Source of the DNA: a virus
IMG/VR virus record: IMGVR_UViG_3300036853_000134
Coordinates: 2,936 to 66,935 of that record
DNA length: 64,000 nucleotides
Reading direction: 5' to 3' (one strand)
Below are positions 30,414 through 40,281 of this stretch, piece by piece. The notes under the pieces are model-generated. The model was given only the letters and a program-made list of their open reading frames with translations. It did no database searches and was not told where the DNA came from. Position 1 is the stretch's first letter; each line of letters opens with the position of its first letter. The position numbers and the translations under genes were made by a program.

Positions 30414-30858
30414 TCGCTACCTGCTTCCGATTAACCGTCCAAGATTCCGAGGGTTTGACGCACGCATAGCTACCTATTAGCTATGCAAAGTATCCGTCCT
30501 GAGTTCGTCGGGCCTATACTTCGCGCGGGTTCGTTGAGTTAGGGTTACGGCTATTCGTCTTACCGCTCGTTACCGATTTATCGTGCCACCCAACCACAGG
30601 GGAAGTTCGTCCTTAGGCTCTTTGATTCCCGTTGCTCCCAAGCGAAACGTTGCCCGTCTTACAGATGTTTGGTCTGCGGGTCGTTTCCCCTGCCACTGCC
30701 AGAATCGTTATTGTCGCCATAACCTGACTTCCTTCGTATACCGCAGGTGCTACCTTGACACGCCAGGGAATTGTTCAGCGATCCCTGAGTTTGTGAAGAC
30801 AGAACTTTCCCGACTCGTTAGTTGTGCTTAATTGAGTTGTTCGATTCTGATGGTCACG
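30414..30858 (-). ncRNA. Putative large structured ncRNA, copy A
   Basis: No credible ORF; promoter upstream; six motif blocks collinear with 56142-56586; complementary segments. Confidence 0.65.
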
Positions 30859-30864
30859 TTTGCG

Positions 30865-30892
30865 ACTATACGCCGATTTTCCTTGAAGTCAA
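30865..30892 (-). promoter_or_regulatory. Sigma70-type promoter of ncRNA A
   Basis: TTGACT-16-TATAGT. Confidence 0.65.
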
Positions 30893-30954
30893 CCCCTAAT
30901 CTGTGACACAATGCGCCTAGTAACCGTGAGCCCTTCCAGCTATGGTTTATGTTT

Positions 30955-31009
30955 TGCCCGGTACGCATCTTGGTCTGATGGTCACGCACTTTCCAAAAGC
31001 TACCGGGCA
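30955..31009. repeat. Hairpin containing a copy of the ncRNA A 5' 13-mer
   Basis: TGCCCGGTA/TACCGGGCA stem; TCTGATGGTCACG at 30974-30986 is identical to 30846-30858. Confidence 0.75.
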
Positions 31010-31192
31010 TTACTGCGTTTTGGGTCGTTTCTCGCACCTATTCTCTTCCGCGATTACCGCCGCGATCCCCAGCAATCCGTAATTCCGTTTATCCAAAGTC
31101 CAGGCGAGCACCTATCCGCAGTGACTGCATTTCAGGCTATTGGCAGGTGAAAAGTCTTTCGGCCTCGGTCCGATTATCTCAGGATGCGGCAT
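31010..31192 (-). pseudogene. Small Zn-finger gene interrupted by an amber codon
   Basis: MPHPEII...KCSHCG*VLAW...; in-frame TAG at 31112-31114. Confidence 0.4.
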
Positions 31193-31373
31193 TCTTCCCT
31201 TTCGGCCCAGGCTTCTTATTCTTCAGGTTCAACACGTCAACGACCCGCAACAGTTTTGCGGGAGTATGGGTGATCAGATTGCCGCGCTTTATATGCTGGG
31301 CAATCGACTGTCTTTTCAGCTTTATCAGCCTTGCGGCTTGCGCCTGTGTAATCAATTCGTTTTCATTAACCAT
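31179..31373 (-). CDS. Small HTH DNA-binding protein
   Basis: LITQAQAARLIKLKRQSIAQHIKRGNL; basic KPGPK tail. Confidence 0.75.
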   Translation of the reverse strand: MVNENELITQAQAARLIKLKRQSIAQHIKRGNLITHTPAKLLRVVDVLNLKNKKPGPKGKNAAS

Positions 31374-31484
31374 ATGCCTATTCTAATCTATCTTATTTAC
31401 ATATGCAATATAATTCTATAAACTTTCTTTCCCTTTACTTGCTATGATTTACAGGGAATTTACGATATTAGCTAAATAATTATG

Positions 31485-31513
31485 TTGACACTTGTTCCAA
31501 GCGGGTGTATCTT
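31485..31513 (+). promoter_or_regulatory. Early promoter
   Basis: TTGACA-17-TATCTT. Confidence 0.6.
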
Positions 31514-31547
31514 CTTGACAGTTCGAGAGAGAAAAGGGAGAAAGACG

Positions 31548-31880
31548 ATGGAGATCGACATTCAGGCAACTTTACAGAACTACCAGCACCATATGGAAAT
31601 TGCCGGCAACTATAGCGACGAGGATAAAGCTCAATATATGAGATACGCAGAGAGCGATTACGCTTTTATCCCCCTGGAATATCTCGTGTTTAAGTCTCCA
31701 AGGCCCACAATGAACGAGATTACAATCATCGGCAACTACGAAGCGGCAATAGAGATCGTCACGTTTTCATTGGCAGCGTCAACGCCTGGTTCGCTGGCTA
31801 TCCGCGCAAAGATTGAACGAATCAGCAGCTACCTCAACGAGCAAGTCCAAAAGAACTTGACGGCTATTGAGCAATCATAA
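31548..31880 (+). CDS. Hypothetical early protein
   Basis: ATG behind AGGGAG. Confidence 0.55.
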   Translation: MEIDIQATLQNYQHHMEIAGNYSDEDKAQYMRYAESDYAFIPLEYLVFKSPRPTMNEITIIGNYEAAIEIVTFSLAASTPGSLAIRAKIERISSYLNEQVQKNLTAIEQS

Positions 31881-32402
31881 AAGGAGCACCCATGCTATTC
31901 AAATCACCCGTCACCCCAGTCCGCTACTACTTGCGCTTCGACACCGGCGATTACCTGCTCACCTTCGACGGGCTACGCCGCGAGTTCGATACGCTCACTG
32001 ATTTGCTTGCGTACGCGACGGCGGAGAATCTCAGGGATTACACGTGGAAATCTATTGGTGGGAATTTATAAGGAGAATACTATGAGCACTTTAACGATCT
32101 ATCGATGGACGATTCTTGAAGCGTGGGGCATCGCCGAGATTCACTATGACAGGACCGCCAAAGAGATCGCTGAGATTGCCGCAATATGGACGGATTTCGC
32201 GGTCAAGAATACTGCGCGCATCAGAATGGAGGTATCCGCCTAATACGCAAAATGCCATAATCTACCCACGACGGCCAGCCCCTCTGGGGTGCAGGGCGCG
32301 TTAAAGCCCAAGGCTGGCCGCTCGTGTTCACTATTGAACAGCCGTCAGGTACGCCCGTTGCTATCCTGATATTGCGCCCTAATCTTTCAACGAGGTATGA
32401 CA

Positions 32403-32552
32403 ATGACGAAACACGAAACTGACAAACAACAGGCGATAAGGGATCTGGAATCGCTCCGCAACAAACGCGCGCAGGCGATTGCCGCTGGGGATCAAGCGGC
32501 CGTGACCGCGCTCGACAAGCAGATAGCCGAAGCTGAAGCTAAAGCTGGCTAA
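32403..32552 (+). CDS. Small coiled-coil protein (not in the ORF track)
   Basis: MTKHETDKQQAIRDLESLRNKRAQAIAAGDQAAVTALDKQIAEAEAKAG behind GAGGT. Confidence 0.5.
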   Translation: MTKHETDKQQAIRDLESLRNKRAQAIAAGDQAAVTALDKQIAEAEAKAG

Positions 32553-32601
32553 TCGAAGAGGCGGGACAGCAAACCGCCACAACTTATGATATAAATACGC
32601 T

Positions 32602-32874
32602 ATGTCAACAATCGATCCATACGAACTCGCCGACAGACTTTGCAAAGAACATCCATTGATTTCCACCGCAAAAGGAATTCACGGCGGCCAGCCTCATCTA
32701 GACCGTGTTCGCTTGCGAGTCACGGACATACTAGGCTTCCTGTTTCAATACAAAACCGTTGACTGGATTGTCCAGAACTACGCGCCCGATGTGAGTGAAG
32801 AGCAGGTTCTAGCCGCCATTGCGTGGGCCCAGGATTTCATCGAGGAAGCCTGCGACCCGCGTCGGCTCAAGTGA
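32602..32874 (+). CDS. DUF433 family (antitoxin-like) protein
   Basis: IHGGQP-L-R-RLRVTDIL...IVQNY-PDVSEEQVLAAIAW. Confidence 0.8.
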   Translation: MSTIDPYELADRLCKEHPLISTAKGIHGGQPHLDRVRLRVTDILGFLFQYKTVDWIVQNYAPDVSEEQVLAAIAWAQDFIEEACDPRRLK

Positions 32875-32987
32875 CAACGCCGTGTCAGTGTGCCATACTC
32901 CCTCAGAGCGACCGGCTTTGAATGCCTACTCCGTGATAAGAGTTCCATTGTTGTCCGGTCGCAATCTTAATACCCCAGGCTGGAGAC

Positions 32988-33173
32988 GTGATGCTACTTT
33001 TATCCGCTGAATCCGCACCGCTGTTGTTGATTGTGATGATTGTCCTTGCCGCTATCGCTTGCTTCGGAAGCCCTTACTTCGGGTTTGGCACTAATCGACC
33101 GTATATTTATTACGGTGGCGGCCTTGCCTTATTTTTGGTTCTGCTGCTGCTCATCCTAGGCGTCCATCCGTAA
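32988..33173 (+). CDS. Small two-TM membrane protein
   Basis: Two hydrophobic helices; SD GGAG. Confidence 0.6.
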   Translation: MMLLLSAESAPLLLIVMIVLAAIACFGSPYFGFGTNRPYIYYGGGLALFLVLLLLILGVHP

Positions 33174-33220
33174 CAGGAATTTGATTTGTTTGGCGACCCT
33201 CTCCGTGGTATAAATAGCGC

Positions 33221-33580
33221 GTGGAAATCAACATTAATGTTCACATTCACCATTACGGCGACTCTGAAATATTGACTCGCCTTGATAAAATTGAAGCTTC
33301 AATAAAGAGAGGAATTGACGATATGGCACTATCAGTACAGGAAATCAAAGCCGCGATTTTGGCGGGAAACGCAGATATTAAGCAGCACGTGACCGACGCC
33401 GGAGCGCGCGTGACATCAACGGTCAATGTGCTGACTCAGAAGATTGCAGACCTGGAGGCGAAGGTAGGCGAGACGTTGACCCAGGCTGACCTTGACGAGA
33501 TTAAGGCCGCTCAGACGGACGTTATCGCCGCAGCGGATTCAGTTGATCCGAATTCACCAAGTCCGACACCGATTGCATAA
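33221..33580 (+). CDS. Coiled-coil hypothetical protein
   Basis: Heptad pattern; possible internal start at 33322 behind GAGGA. Confidence 0.6.
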   Translation: MEININVHIHHYGDSEILTRLDKIEASIKRGIDDMALSVQEIKAAILAGNADIKQHVTDAGARVTSTVNVLTQKIADLEAKVGETLTQADLDEIKAAQTDVIAAADSVDPNSPSPTPIA

Positions 33581-33603
33581 CGATTTACCAATTGGGGGAT
33601 AAC

Positions 33604-34014
33604 TCAGGGAGTCGAAGGGCTCCCATCTTTTTTGGCCGGTTCGTGGATATTGCCGAGCACTTCAATTGTGTTGCCTTGCTGTGCCGCCGTACTGTCATAG
33701 ATGGAATCCATTCCAATTTGCCAGCAGGCATTACCGTTGTCATACTTTACATCGCCTTTGAAGGTGAATCCGTGATGATAATGGACCCAGCAAATATCGG
33801 CCTCGTAAATCTCTTTGCCGTTGCGGTCCAATAGTCCGGTGAATTGCTCGCTCTGGCCGAATGCCGTACGGACTTCGCCGCATCCACACATAGAAATAAT
33901 CGCGTTGCCCCTCACCAGTGAGCGATGCAGCCCGTGGAAAATCTCGGTTTCCATCCAGTCAAAATGTCCGTTTTTGCATTTCATCGGCGTGCGAAACTTA
34001 ATAAGTCTGTCCAT
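33604..34014 (-). CDS. YopX family protein
   Basis: IKFR...QFTGLLDRNGKEIYEADI...EVLGNIHE. Confidence 0.9.
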   Translation of the reverse strand: MDRLIKFRTPMKCKNGHFDWMETEIFHGLHRSLVRGNAIISMCGCGEVRTAFGQSEQFTGLLDRNGKEIYEADICWVHYHHGFTFKGDVKYDNGNACWQIGMDSIYDSTAAQQGNTIEVLGNIHEPAKKDGSPSTP

Positions 34015-34197
34015 ATCACCTCGTCAACATCTCGAATTCACTCGCCTCCGCCGTCCCCGCCCACGGTATTATCTGCGTGAAAAGATAGTCCGATATTCGC
34101 AGCAGCTTCGCAATCACGTCAGGATCGATCGAGGCTTTGCGCGCCTCGTGAATCGGCGTCATCGCGTTGAATATGTGCTTGTTGTGGGTTAAATTGG

Positions 34198-34581
34198 TCA
34201 TTTTGCACCGTTCCGTTTCTTTGCTCTGGCGCATCGCTGCCTAATCTTATCCGGCATCCACGGACGCAGACGATCACGAGCATTGTCCGCAATCGTCCCC
34301 GTTTCCAGGTGGTTAGGATTGCAGCACGGCGGGTTATCACATTTATGCCTCATAACTAATCTTTCACCCTTTTCATTAAATTCTGGATAGGGTCCGAATG
34401 AAAATACATACGCGCCTTGTGGTGCTGTATTCACACCGATTAGAGCGCAAGAAAAGTAGCCATAGCCCTTTTTGGTGCGGCCGCGCTGTCATTCCCAGCA
34501 TTGGCGAGGATTCCCAATCCGAATACGCTCCCAAAAGCCAGAACGGACGCGCTCCAGATATTTATGATCCGCCTTGGTCAT
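34198..34581 (-). pseudogene. HNH homing endonuclease with nonsense mutation
   Basis: FWERI...CWE*Q (TGA at 34489-34491 where W is expected)...GYG...VMRHKCDNPPCCNPNHLETGT. Confidence 0.75.
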
Positions 34582-34772
34582 TTCTTCGGCCTCCCTCTTT
34601 GTTTATTCCGCGCCAGAATAACATTCATTCCGCGCTGATTAAATATTATGATTCGCCCAAGCTTTCTATAGTGCAGCCCTTCTCGTAATTCGGCCTTTGC
34701 AATCTGGCGCACTCGCTCAGGCGTAATACCCGCATCAGTAGCGGCTCTTTGTATTGTTAGTTCAATTGCCAT
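34578..34772 (-). CDS. Small HTH DNA-binding protein
   Basis: TIQRAATDAGITPERVRQIA...RGRPKK. Confidence 0.75.
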   Translation of the reverse strand: MAIELTIQRAATDAGITPERVRQIAKAELREGLHYRKLGRIIIFNQRGMNVILARNKQRGRPKK

Positions 34773-34838
34773 ATCGTTATTATACATAGAACGATTTTCA
34801 ATGCAACTATTATTTATTGGCGAAAACAAAGAATTATG

Positions 34839-34867
34839 TTGACTCGCTCATTCTCCAATGCTACATT
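34839..34867 (+). promoter_or_regulatory. Early promoter
   Basis: TTGACT-17-TACATT with TG extension. Confidence 0.6.
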
Positions 34868-34920
34868 CCCCTTGCACTCAGCTACCGCAGCAAGCGGGCT
34901 GATTGAAGGGAGATTGATAT

Positions 34921-37281
34921 ATGGCAACCACAACGAGACCACTTGAGATGTTCAACAGGAAAACAACGTTCTCAGCGATCAGACAGGGCGAATCGTTCAT
35001 GTTTGACCGGGATGGCGCGATAACAATTTGGAAGAAATCCGGCGATGGATGCACCGACCAGGAAAGACGCTTGGTGTTCATTCCCGCCAACGCTCCGGTG
35101 CTGGCTTCTAATAGATCGCGGCGATAGATAGCCCCGCACGCGGGCAGGAGGTTGAGAGATGGTCAAAGAGCCAAACAAGCGCGAGCAGGCCGCCATAGAT
35201 GCCCTAGTCAAGCTATCAAAGACATGGCCTGATTCGTTAATGCTGTTTTCAAATAGTGGTACGCTGGAAGTACTGCGATACTCAGATTACAACAAAAACA
35301 ATGCGTGCCAAGAGCTGGCAACGATAGACATCCACAACGACGGCGGGGATAGAGACACATTTCTCGAATAGCCCCACACGGGCGAGGAGCACTATGGGAA
35401 TCGTGATGGAAGCGGATGCGCCCGAGCCTAACTATTGCATTCAATGTCTACGAATCGACACACTCACCGAGGTTGCCGATCCTGACGACCTTTGCCCTGA
35501 ATGCGAAAAGGATATGGCGCGGTTTATGAATGGATTGGGAGGTAGCAATGCCAAATAGCGAGCTTTCGCCGCTGGAACTATCAATATTCCGCGCACTCCA
35601 ACATGGTCCAGCAACAGCCGCGCTGATATGCGATGCCTATAGATCACCTTTTGCCGGTGACCGCGAGATAATGGCAGCAATCGCGTCGCTCATCAGCAAT
35701 TCGTATGTGATCGGCTCGTCCGACACGCCGATCCGCTACAGCATAACCGCCAGCCCCGCATCAGAGTTCGTGAAATATTTGGAGGAGCGGATTAAGGACT
35801 GGAACGATGAAATTGATGCGCTGAATGCGGCCGGAGTCGTCAATAAATCATACAGAGAGCATATGAACGCGTTCACAACCGCTCGTGACGAGGACGTTGA
35901 TATTCTGAGGCAATTCAAACGCCTGAACGGAATGGAGATTTAAATGGAATCAATTTTCACCGCGATATTCAGATCCGCCGAGACTGCCAAACGGATTTCC
36001 ACGCGCCTGATCGACAAGCAGATTAACGGCTGTTACATCGAATTTGATTACACGGGTAATCAATGGCTCGTTAAAAAGTGGGGCATCGTCCAGGGGCGGG
36101 CGAAGCTGTTGAAAGAGGCGTGCGAGATTGCGACGGATGGGAAGTTGAGTTTTAAGGGAAAGGTTTAAGATGCCATACGGACAGTGTAAACGATGCGGTG
36201 ATAACGGGGCGCAGCCGATTGAGCCAGACTCAAAACTGTATCTCTGTTATGCCTGCGCGGAGGCTAAGCGAAAAGAAGATAATCCTGTAACCGTCGAATC
36301 CCTCCCGCCCACGGACACGCGGGGAGATGTTGAGGCGCTGAAGAGTTTTGACGAATACCTGAATACAGAACTGGCACGGGCGCGCCACATAATGAAAACC
36401 AGTGCGCACGGACGCCATGTTGATGAGGCGTCCACCGGCGAGGATTATTTGTTGATGATACAGGCTGAATTCCGACGCCGGTTTCTGGAGGGCAAATGAG
36501 CAAACTTAAAGAAGCATTTGACGCATATCGTAACTGGCTGAAACAGACCGGACGCGGGATGGGGAGCGATGAATTCATAGCACTTGAAGAGCAGATCGCC
36601 ATTGCGACCGCGCCCACGTTGGCAAAGGACAATAACGATAAATGGATACCATTCGGGCGGATAAAGGTGGACATTGAAAATGAGACTGAAACGTTTGAGA
36701 GATATGATCCTAAAGCGGCGACCGCGGCCGCTGATGGATTGCGCGAACGGATACGGGCGGCTCTCATAGACGATGAATCACTATCAATCCACGCAGCGCC
36801 AGATGTCGAGCAGTATTGCCTGTTAATGGAGGCCGCGCTTGATCGGATTGCCGACATCGCGGCACGGGTCGCCCAGGAGCGGGCTGGCGGGGGAATTGAC
36901 AAGACGAAACTCTGTAAATGGCTTAATAGTACATCGGACCATCTCAGAGTTTACGCGCAACGGCCCGATCTAGATTCTGATTACGCATCGGATGCGGATT
37001 CTAAAAGTACTGGATACAGGTCCTTATTGCAGATGATCAGCAATGGCGACTTCGACCAGCCCGCGCCCGTGAGCGAGGATGATCGCCTGTTCAATCTTCT
37101 GATTACCAGCGTCAAGCAGGCCGTTGACGACTTTGACCTGGTGGATTCTGAAAGCATTTCACGGTCTTATCGATATGGCAGGCAGCTTTGCGAGTCAATG
37201 GTCATCGTGAAAGCTGCTTTATTAGCAATTGAAACAAGGCAAATAGCAGCCGCGATGACCAAGGAGGATCATGGAAACTGA
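34921..37281 (+). other. Operon of small hypothetical early genes (34921, 35159, ~35548, 35944, 36170, 36496)
   Basis: Tandem SD-preceded ORFs with no recognisable motifs. Confidence 0.55.
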
Positions 37282-37642
37282 ATTGAAGCCGTGTCCCTCC
37301 TGCAGGGCGAACGATGACGATAATATCTATGAGATGACGCTATATCTGAGCGTTAAGATGATCGGCTGTGCCCAGTGTGGCTTAAAAGGCCCAACGGGAG
37401 GCGCAGCGGAAGCCCGCGACAAATGGAACGCTCTCCCCAGGCGTCCGCGCTACGAGAAGAGGATTCCGACCGAACCGGGCTGGTATTGGCGTAATAAGCA
37501 AATAGTAAAGGTTTATAGATTTCAATCACGACTCTGGGCGGATTGGGCAACAGGCAAATGCACTATCGATGACGATGGAGAGAAACGGAGCGATGTGTTA
37601 TGGGCAGGTCCAATCCCCGAACCGGAGGCCGCCAATGGTTAA
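37271..37642 (+). CDS. Lar-like restriction alleviation Zn-finger protein
   Basis: ELKPCPSC...CAQCG...A...WN. Confidence 0.65.
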   Translation: METELKPCPSCRANDDDNIYEMTLYLSVKMIGCAQCGLKGPTGGAAEARDKWNALPRRPRYEKRIPTEPGWYWRNKQIVKVYRFQSRLWADWATGKCTIDDDGEKRSDVLWAGPIPEPEAANG

Positions 37643-37872
37643 ATTGACGACGGCGCAAGATCAAGTAATCAAACCGTTAGCGTCGGGCAAGTCGATTCGA
37701 TCATGTTTAGCTGGCTGGACCGTTCCGGGCGAGAACGTCTTGATTAGCCGAGACAGAGTCAGTGTATTACGACAAGAAGGATTAGTAGATGCCCGGCAGT
37801 CGGGAATGTGGTTTTGGTTGAGCCTTACCCCGGCCGGTATCGAATATGCAAAATCAAAAGGATGGTTGAAAG

Positions 37873-38076
37873 ATGGTTCAGTTTAAATCATTGGACGATG
37901 CTGGGGATCGCTGGTATAGCCGGACGGAAGCAAGCCCACCCTCGTTAGTGGATGTTCTTGTGGTCGGGAATAACGGCAGAATGGAAGTCAGGCAATTCCA
38001 CAGCCGATACCCGGACTGGTTTAACATAACCCATTGGCGTAAATTACCATCGCCACCGGAGGCCACCAATGATTGA
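37873..38076 (+). CDS. DUF551-like protein
   Basis: ITHWRKLPSPP. Confidence 0.65.
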   Translation: MVQFKSLDDAGDRWYSRTEASPPSLVDVLVVGNNGRMEVRQFHSRYPDWFNITHWRKLPSPPEATND

Positions 38077-38838
38077 CCCCATCGCCGCGCGCCTCACGGT
38101 CATAGCCCGGCAGAATCGGGAGATTGCCGCAAGGATGATCCAGCGGCGTAGCGTACAATGGACGATGACCCGGCACAACAGCGAGGAAGTGCTGGTGCAG
38201 CGGGCGAAGAAACGACGGAGGAAATGATGAGCAATTTGAAGGTTGCGCTTACAAAAGCCCAATGGCGAACGGTAAAGGCTCTCCACGATGGACAGAAATT
38301 ATTTTGGTCACGTCCTGAGAATTCATACTTTATCGGGATTCCAGGAACATCTACATGGCGACGGACGCAACAAATAACCGTATTTGAATTGAAAGCGGCG
38401 GGGATGATCGACGGCAGGCTGGCGCTGACCCTAGATGGAACCAAGCTTGCCAGGGTGAGATCTGGCCGCAGTGGGGTGGTTCCGCGATGCGACAACTGTA
38501 GCCTCTGGACTAGAGAAGGTGATTCACAGATTGGCCGTTGCGGATTTGGTTTTGCGCAGCCGATAGCTATTAGTGATAATCCACAAGTTACCGACGCTCA
38601 TTACTGCTGCAATAATTGGGCATCAAAAAAGGATCAAGAGGCCGAGTTGAGGGAACTATGAAAGCACACGAATTCTTTACCCGTCTTTTCTGTCGCCACG
38701 ATTTCAGGTTTGCGCTCGATCTGTTTCTGGCGATTGAGCCGAGATATAAGAGTCTTTGGATTTGCTATAAATGTGACGCCGCCGAGGTGAGAGACTATTT
38801 TTATTGGAGCGATGAGGGGCGGAGGATAAGGAGTAAAC

Positions 38839-39120
38839 ATGTCGGCAGCGCCCACTGATAATATTGACGAGCTTTATATCGTGTACAAGGATATGACGCC
38901 CGACGAAGTATTCGACTGCGATAAGGAGACCGTCCAGAATTTCATCAAATGGTGCGAAGCGCGAGGAATCGAACTGCGCCAAGATATTGGCGGCGGGGAT
39001 TATCGAACGTGGACGCCCGGCATGAATCTGGACGGCCTACTTGGTTTATACCGAAAGGATGCTATTAATGCCTACAGAATGGACGATGCTACCGGAAAAG
39101 AAACTAATAGCGCGGATTAA
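38839..39120 (+). CDS. Hypothetical protein
   Basis: SD AAGGAG; operon-coupled. Confidence 0.5.
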   Translation: MSAAPTDNIDELYIVYKDMTPDEVFDCDKETVQNFIKWCEARGIELRQDIGGGDYRTWTPGMNLDGLLGLYRKDAINAYRMDDATGKETNSAD

Positions 39121-39263
39121 ACAAGCGAAGCGTTACCGTGAATTGGTTATGTCCGGTAAATGCACGATCTGCGCTCACGCAGACGCGGAATCAGGCTATA
39201 AGGTTTGCGAACGCTGCCGGAAGATGCAAAATGAGCGGAAACGATTAACGCGGCTTGGTTAGG

Positions 39264-39335
39264 TCACCGCCTCAGCGCCGCATAGATAACCAGCAACGTC
39301 GCAATCAGCCCGACCGCGCCGATTTTTGCGCTCAA
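39264..39335 (-). CDS. 23-aa single-TM micropeptide (not in the ORF track)
   Basis: TTG start behind AGGAGA: MSAKIGAVGLIATLLVIYAALRR. Confidence 0.4.
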   Translation of the reverse strand: MSAKIGAVGLIATLLVIYAALRR

Positions 39336-39387
39336 TCTTTCTCCTGCGTCGTGACCCGAGAGAGCAGCAGCATAAACACGAGCCAGG

Positions 39388-39840
39388 TTACCGTCTCAAA
39401 TATTGCAGCAACAATGCCAGTCCTATACCGACGATAATACCAACCGCCCATTTAAGCCATTCCGCCGAGCTTTTACCAGACGCCTCGGCTCCGCTTATCT
39501 TGCTCAGAATCCCCATGACGGTATCAAGTTTAGCATCCAACGCTTCCATCTTTGCGTTTGCTTCCAGGCGGGGGATAAAAGTCTGTTGCTGGTAGGCGAT
39601 ATTGTCAGTCGCCATTCCGCGGAACTCGTTGACCTTTTCAAAGGAACGCGCTGTCCCGGTTTCTTCCTTGATGGCGGCTTTGTCGCGCTCCTGAAGAGAT
39701 AATGCGTTCGCTTCCTTGACGCCTTCGAGAGCCAGAGCCGATGCCGCTTTCACGTCGGCAAACATTTGGAGGTAGCGTTTTTCACGCTCGTCCATAATGG
39801 CGATGACAAATTCACGAATGCTGATTGGTCCATCGGACAT
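39388..39840 (-). CDS. Coiled-coil protein with C-terminal TM (lysis-cassette type)
   Basis: Coiled coil, then WAVGIIVGIGLALLL, then RR. Confidence 0.6.
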   Translation of the reverse strand: MSDGPISIREFVIAIMDEREKRYLQMFADVKAASALALEGVKEANALSLQERDKAAIKEETGTARSFEKVNEFRGMATDNIAYQQQTFIPRLEANAKMEALDAKLDTVMGILSKISGAEASGKSSAEWLKWAVGIIVGIGLALLLQYLRR

Positions 39841-39846
39841 TGATTC

Positions 39847-40278
39847 CTACGGTTCGAGCAACGTATACGCAGCGCCCTGAACGCATTGCGTGGCGGTTGA
39901 CAACGCGAGACATACCGCCTCTGCATTCTCCACAGCAACACCATTAGCGCCATTGCCAGCGGTCCCCACAATCGATTCAATTCCATTGAGCCACGCCAGG
40001 CACTTCTCCTGATCGTTCAGGTTGCTGTCCACGGTCGGCATCATATTACTGAGGTATGGATTCAAACCAGCGTGTAGCCCACCGCAAGCGGTCGCCAGAG
40101 CCAGCGCGAGCACGTCTAGGCCTTCAACGTTGCCAATCTCGACTAAATGTGCCCTGAGATAGCCTGTAGCTGTAATCGTGCCGCCACCGGTGAGGATTAT
40201 TAACCTGCACGCGGCATTGCAAAAGGCAAGAAATGAGAAGTTTTCGGGATCTATGAGTTCTGTATATATTCCGGGCAT
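39847..40278 (-). CDS. Hypothetical Cys/Ala-rich protein
   Basis: Operon-coupled ORF. Confidence 0.5.
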   Translation of the reverse strand: MPGIYTELIDPENFSFLAFCNAACRLIILTGGGTITATGYLRAHLVEIGNVEGLDVLALALATACGGLHAGLNPYLSNMMPTVDSNLNDQEKCLAWLNGIESIVGTAGNGANGVAVENAEAVCLALSTATQCVQGAAYTLLEP

Positions 40279-40281
40279 TGT

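Noticed and set aside
30414-30858. Group I or group II intron interpretation of the ncRNA elements
   Set aside because: GAATAGYC resembles the group I S element, but I found no complementary R (GACUA) or P/Q elements, no group II domain V, and no flanking exons that rejoin convincingly.
32267-32385. HDV-like/theta ribozyme
   Set aside because: P1- and P2-like pairings exist, but P3/L3 and the P1.1 GG do not match the consensus.
34489-34491. Alternative genetic code (TGA=Trp or TAG readthrough)
   Set aside because: Many genes end in TGA or TAG with tight stop/start coupling. The isolated in-frame stops (34489, 31112) are better explained as nonsense mutations.
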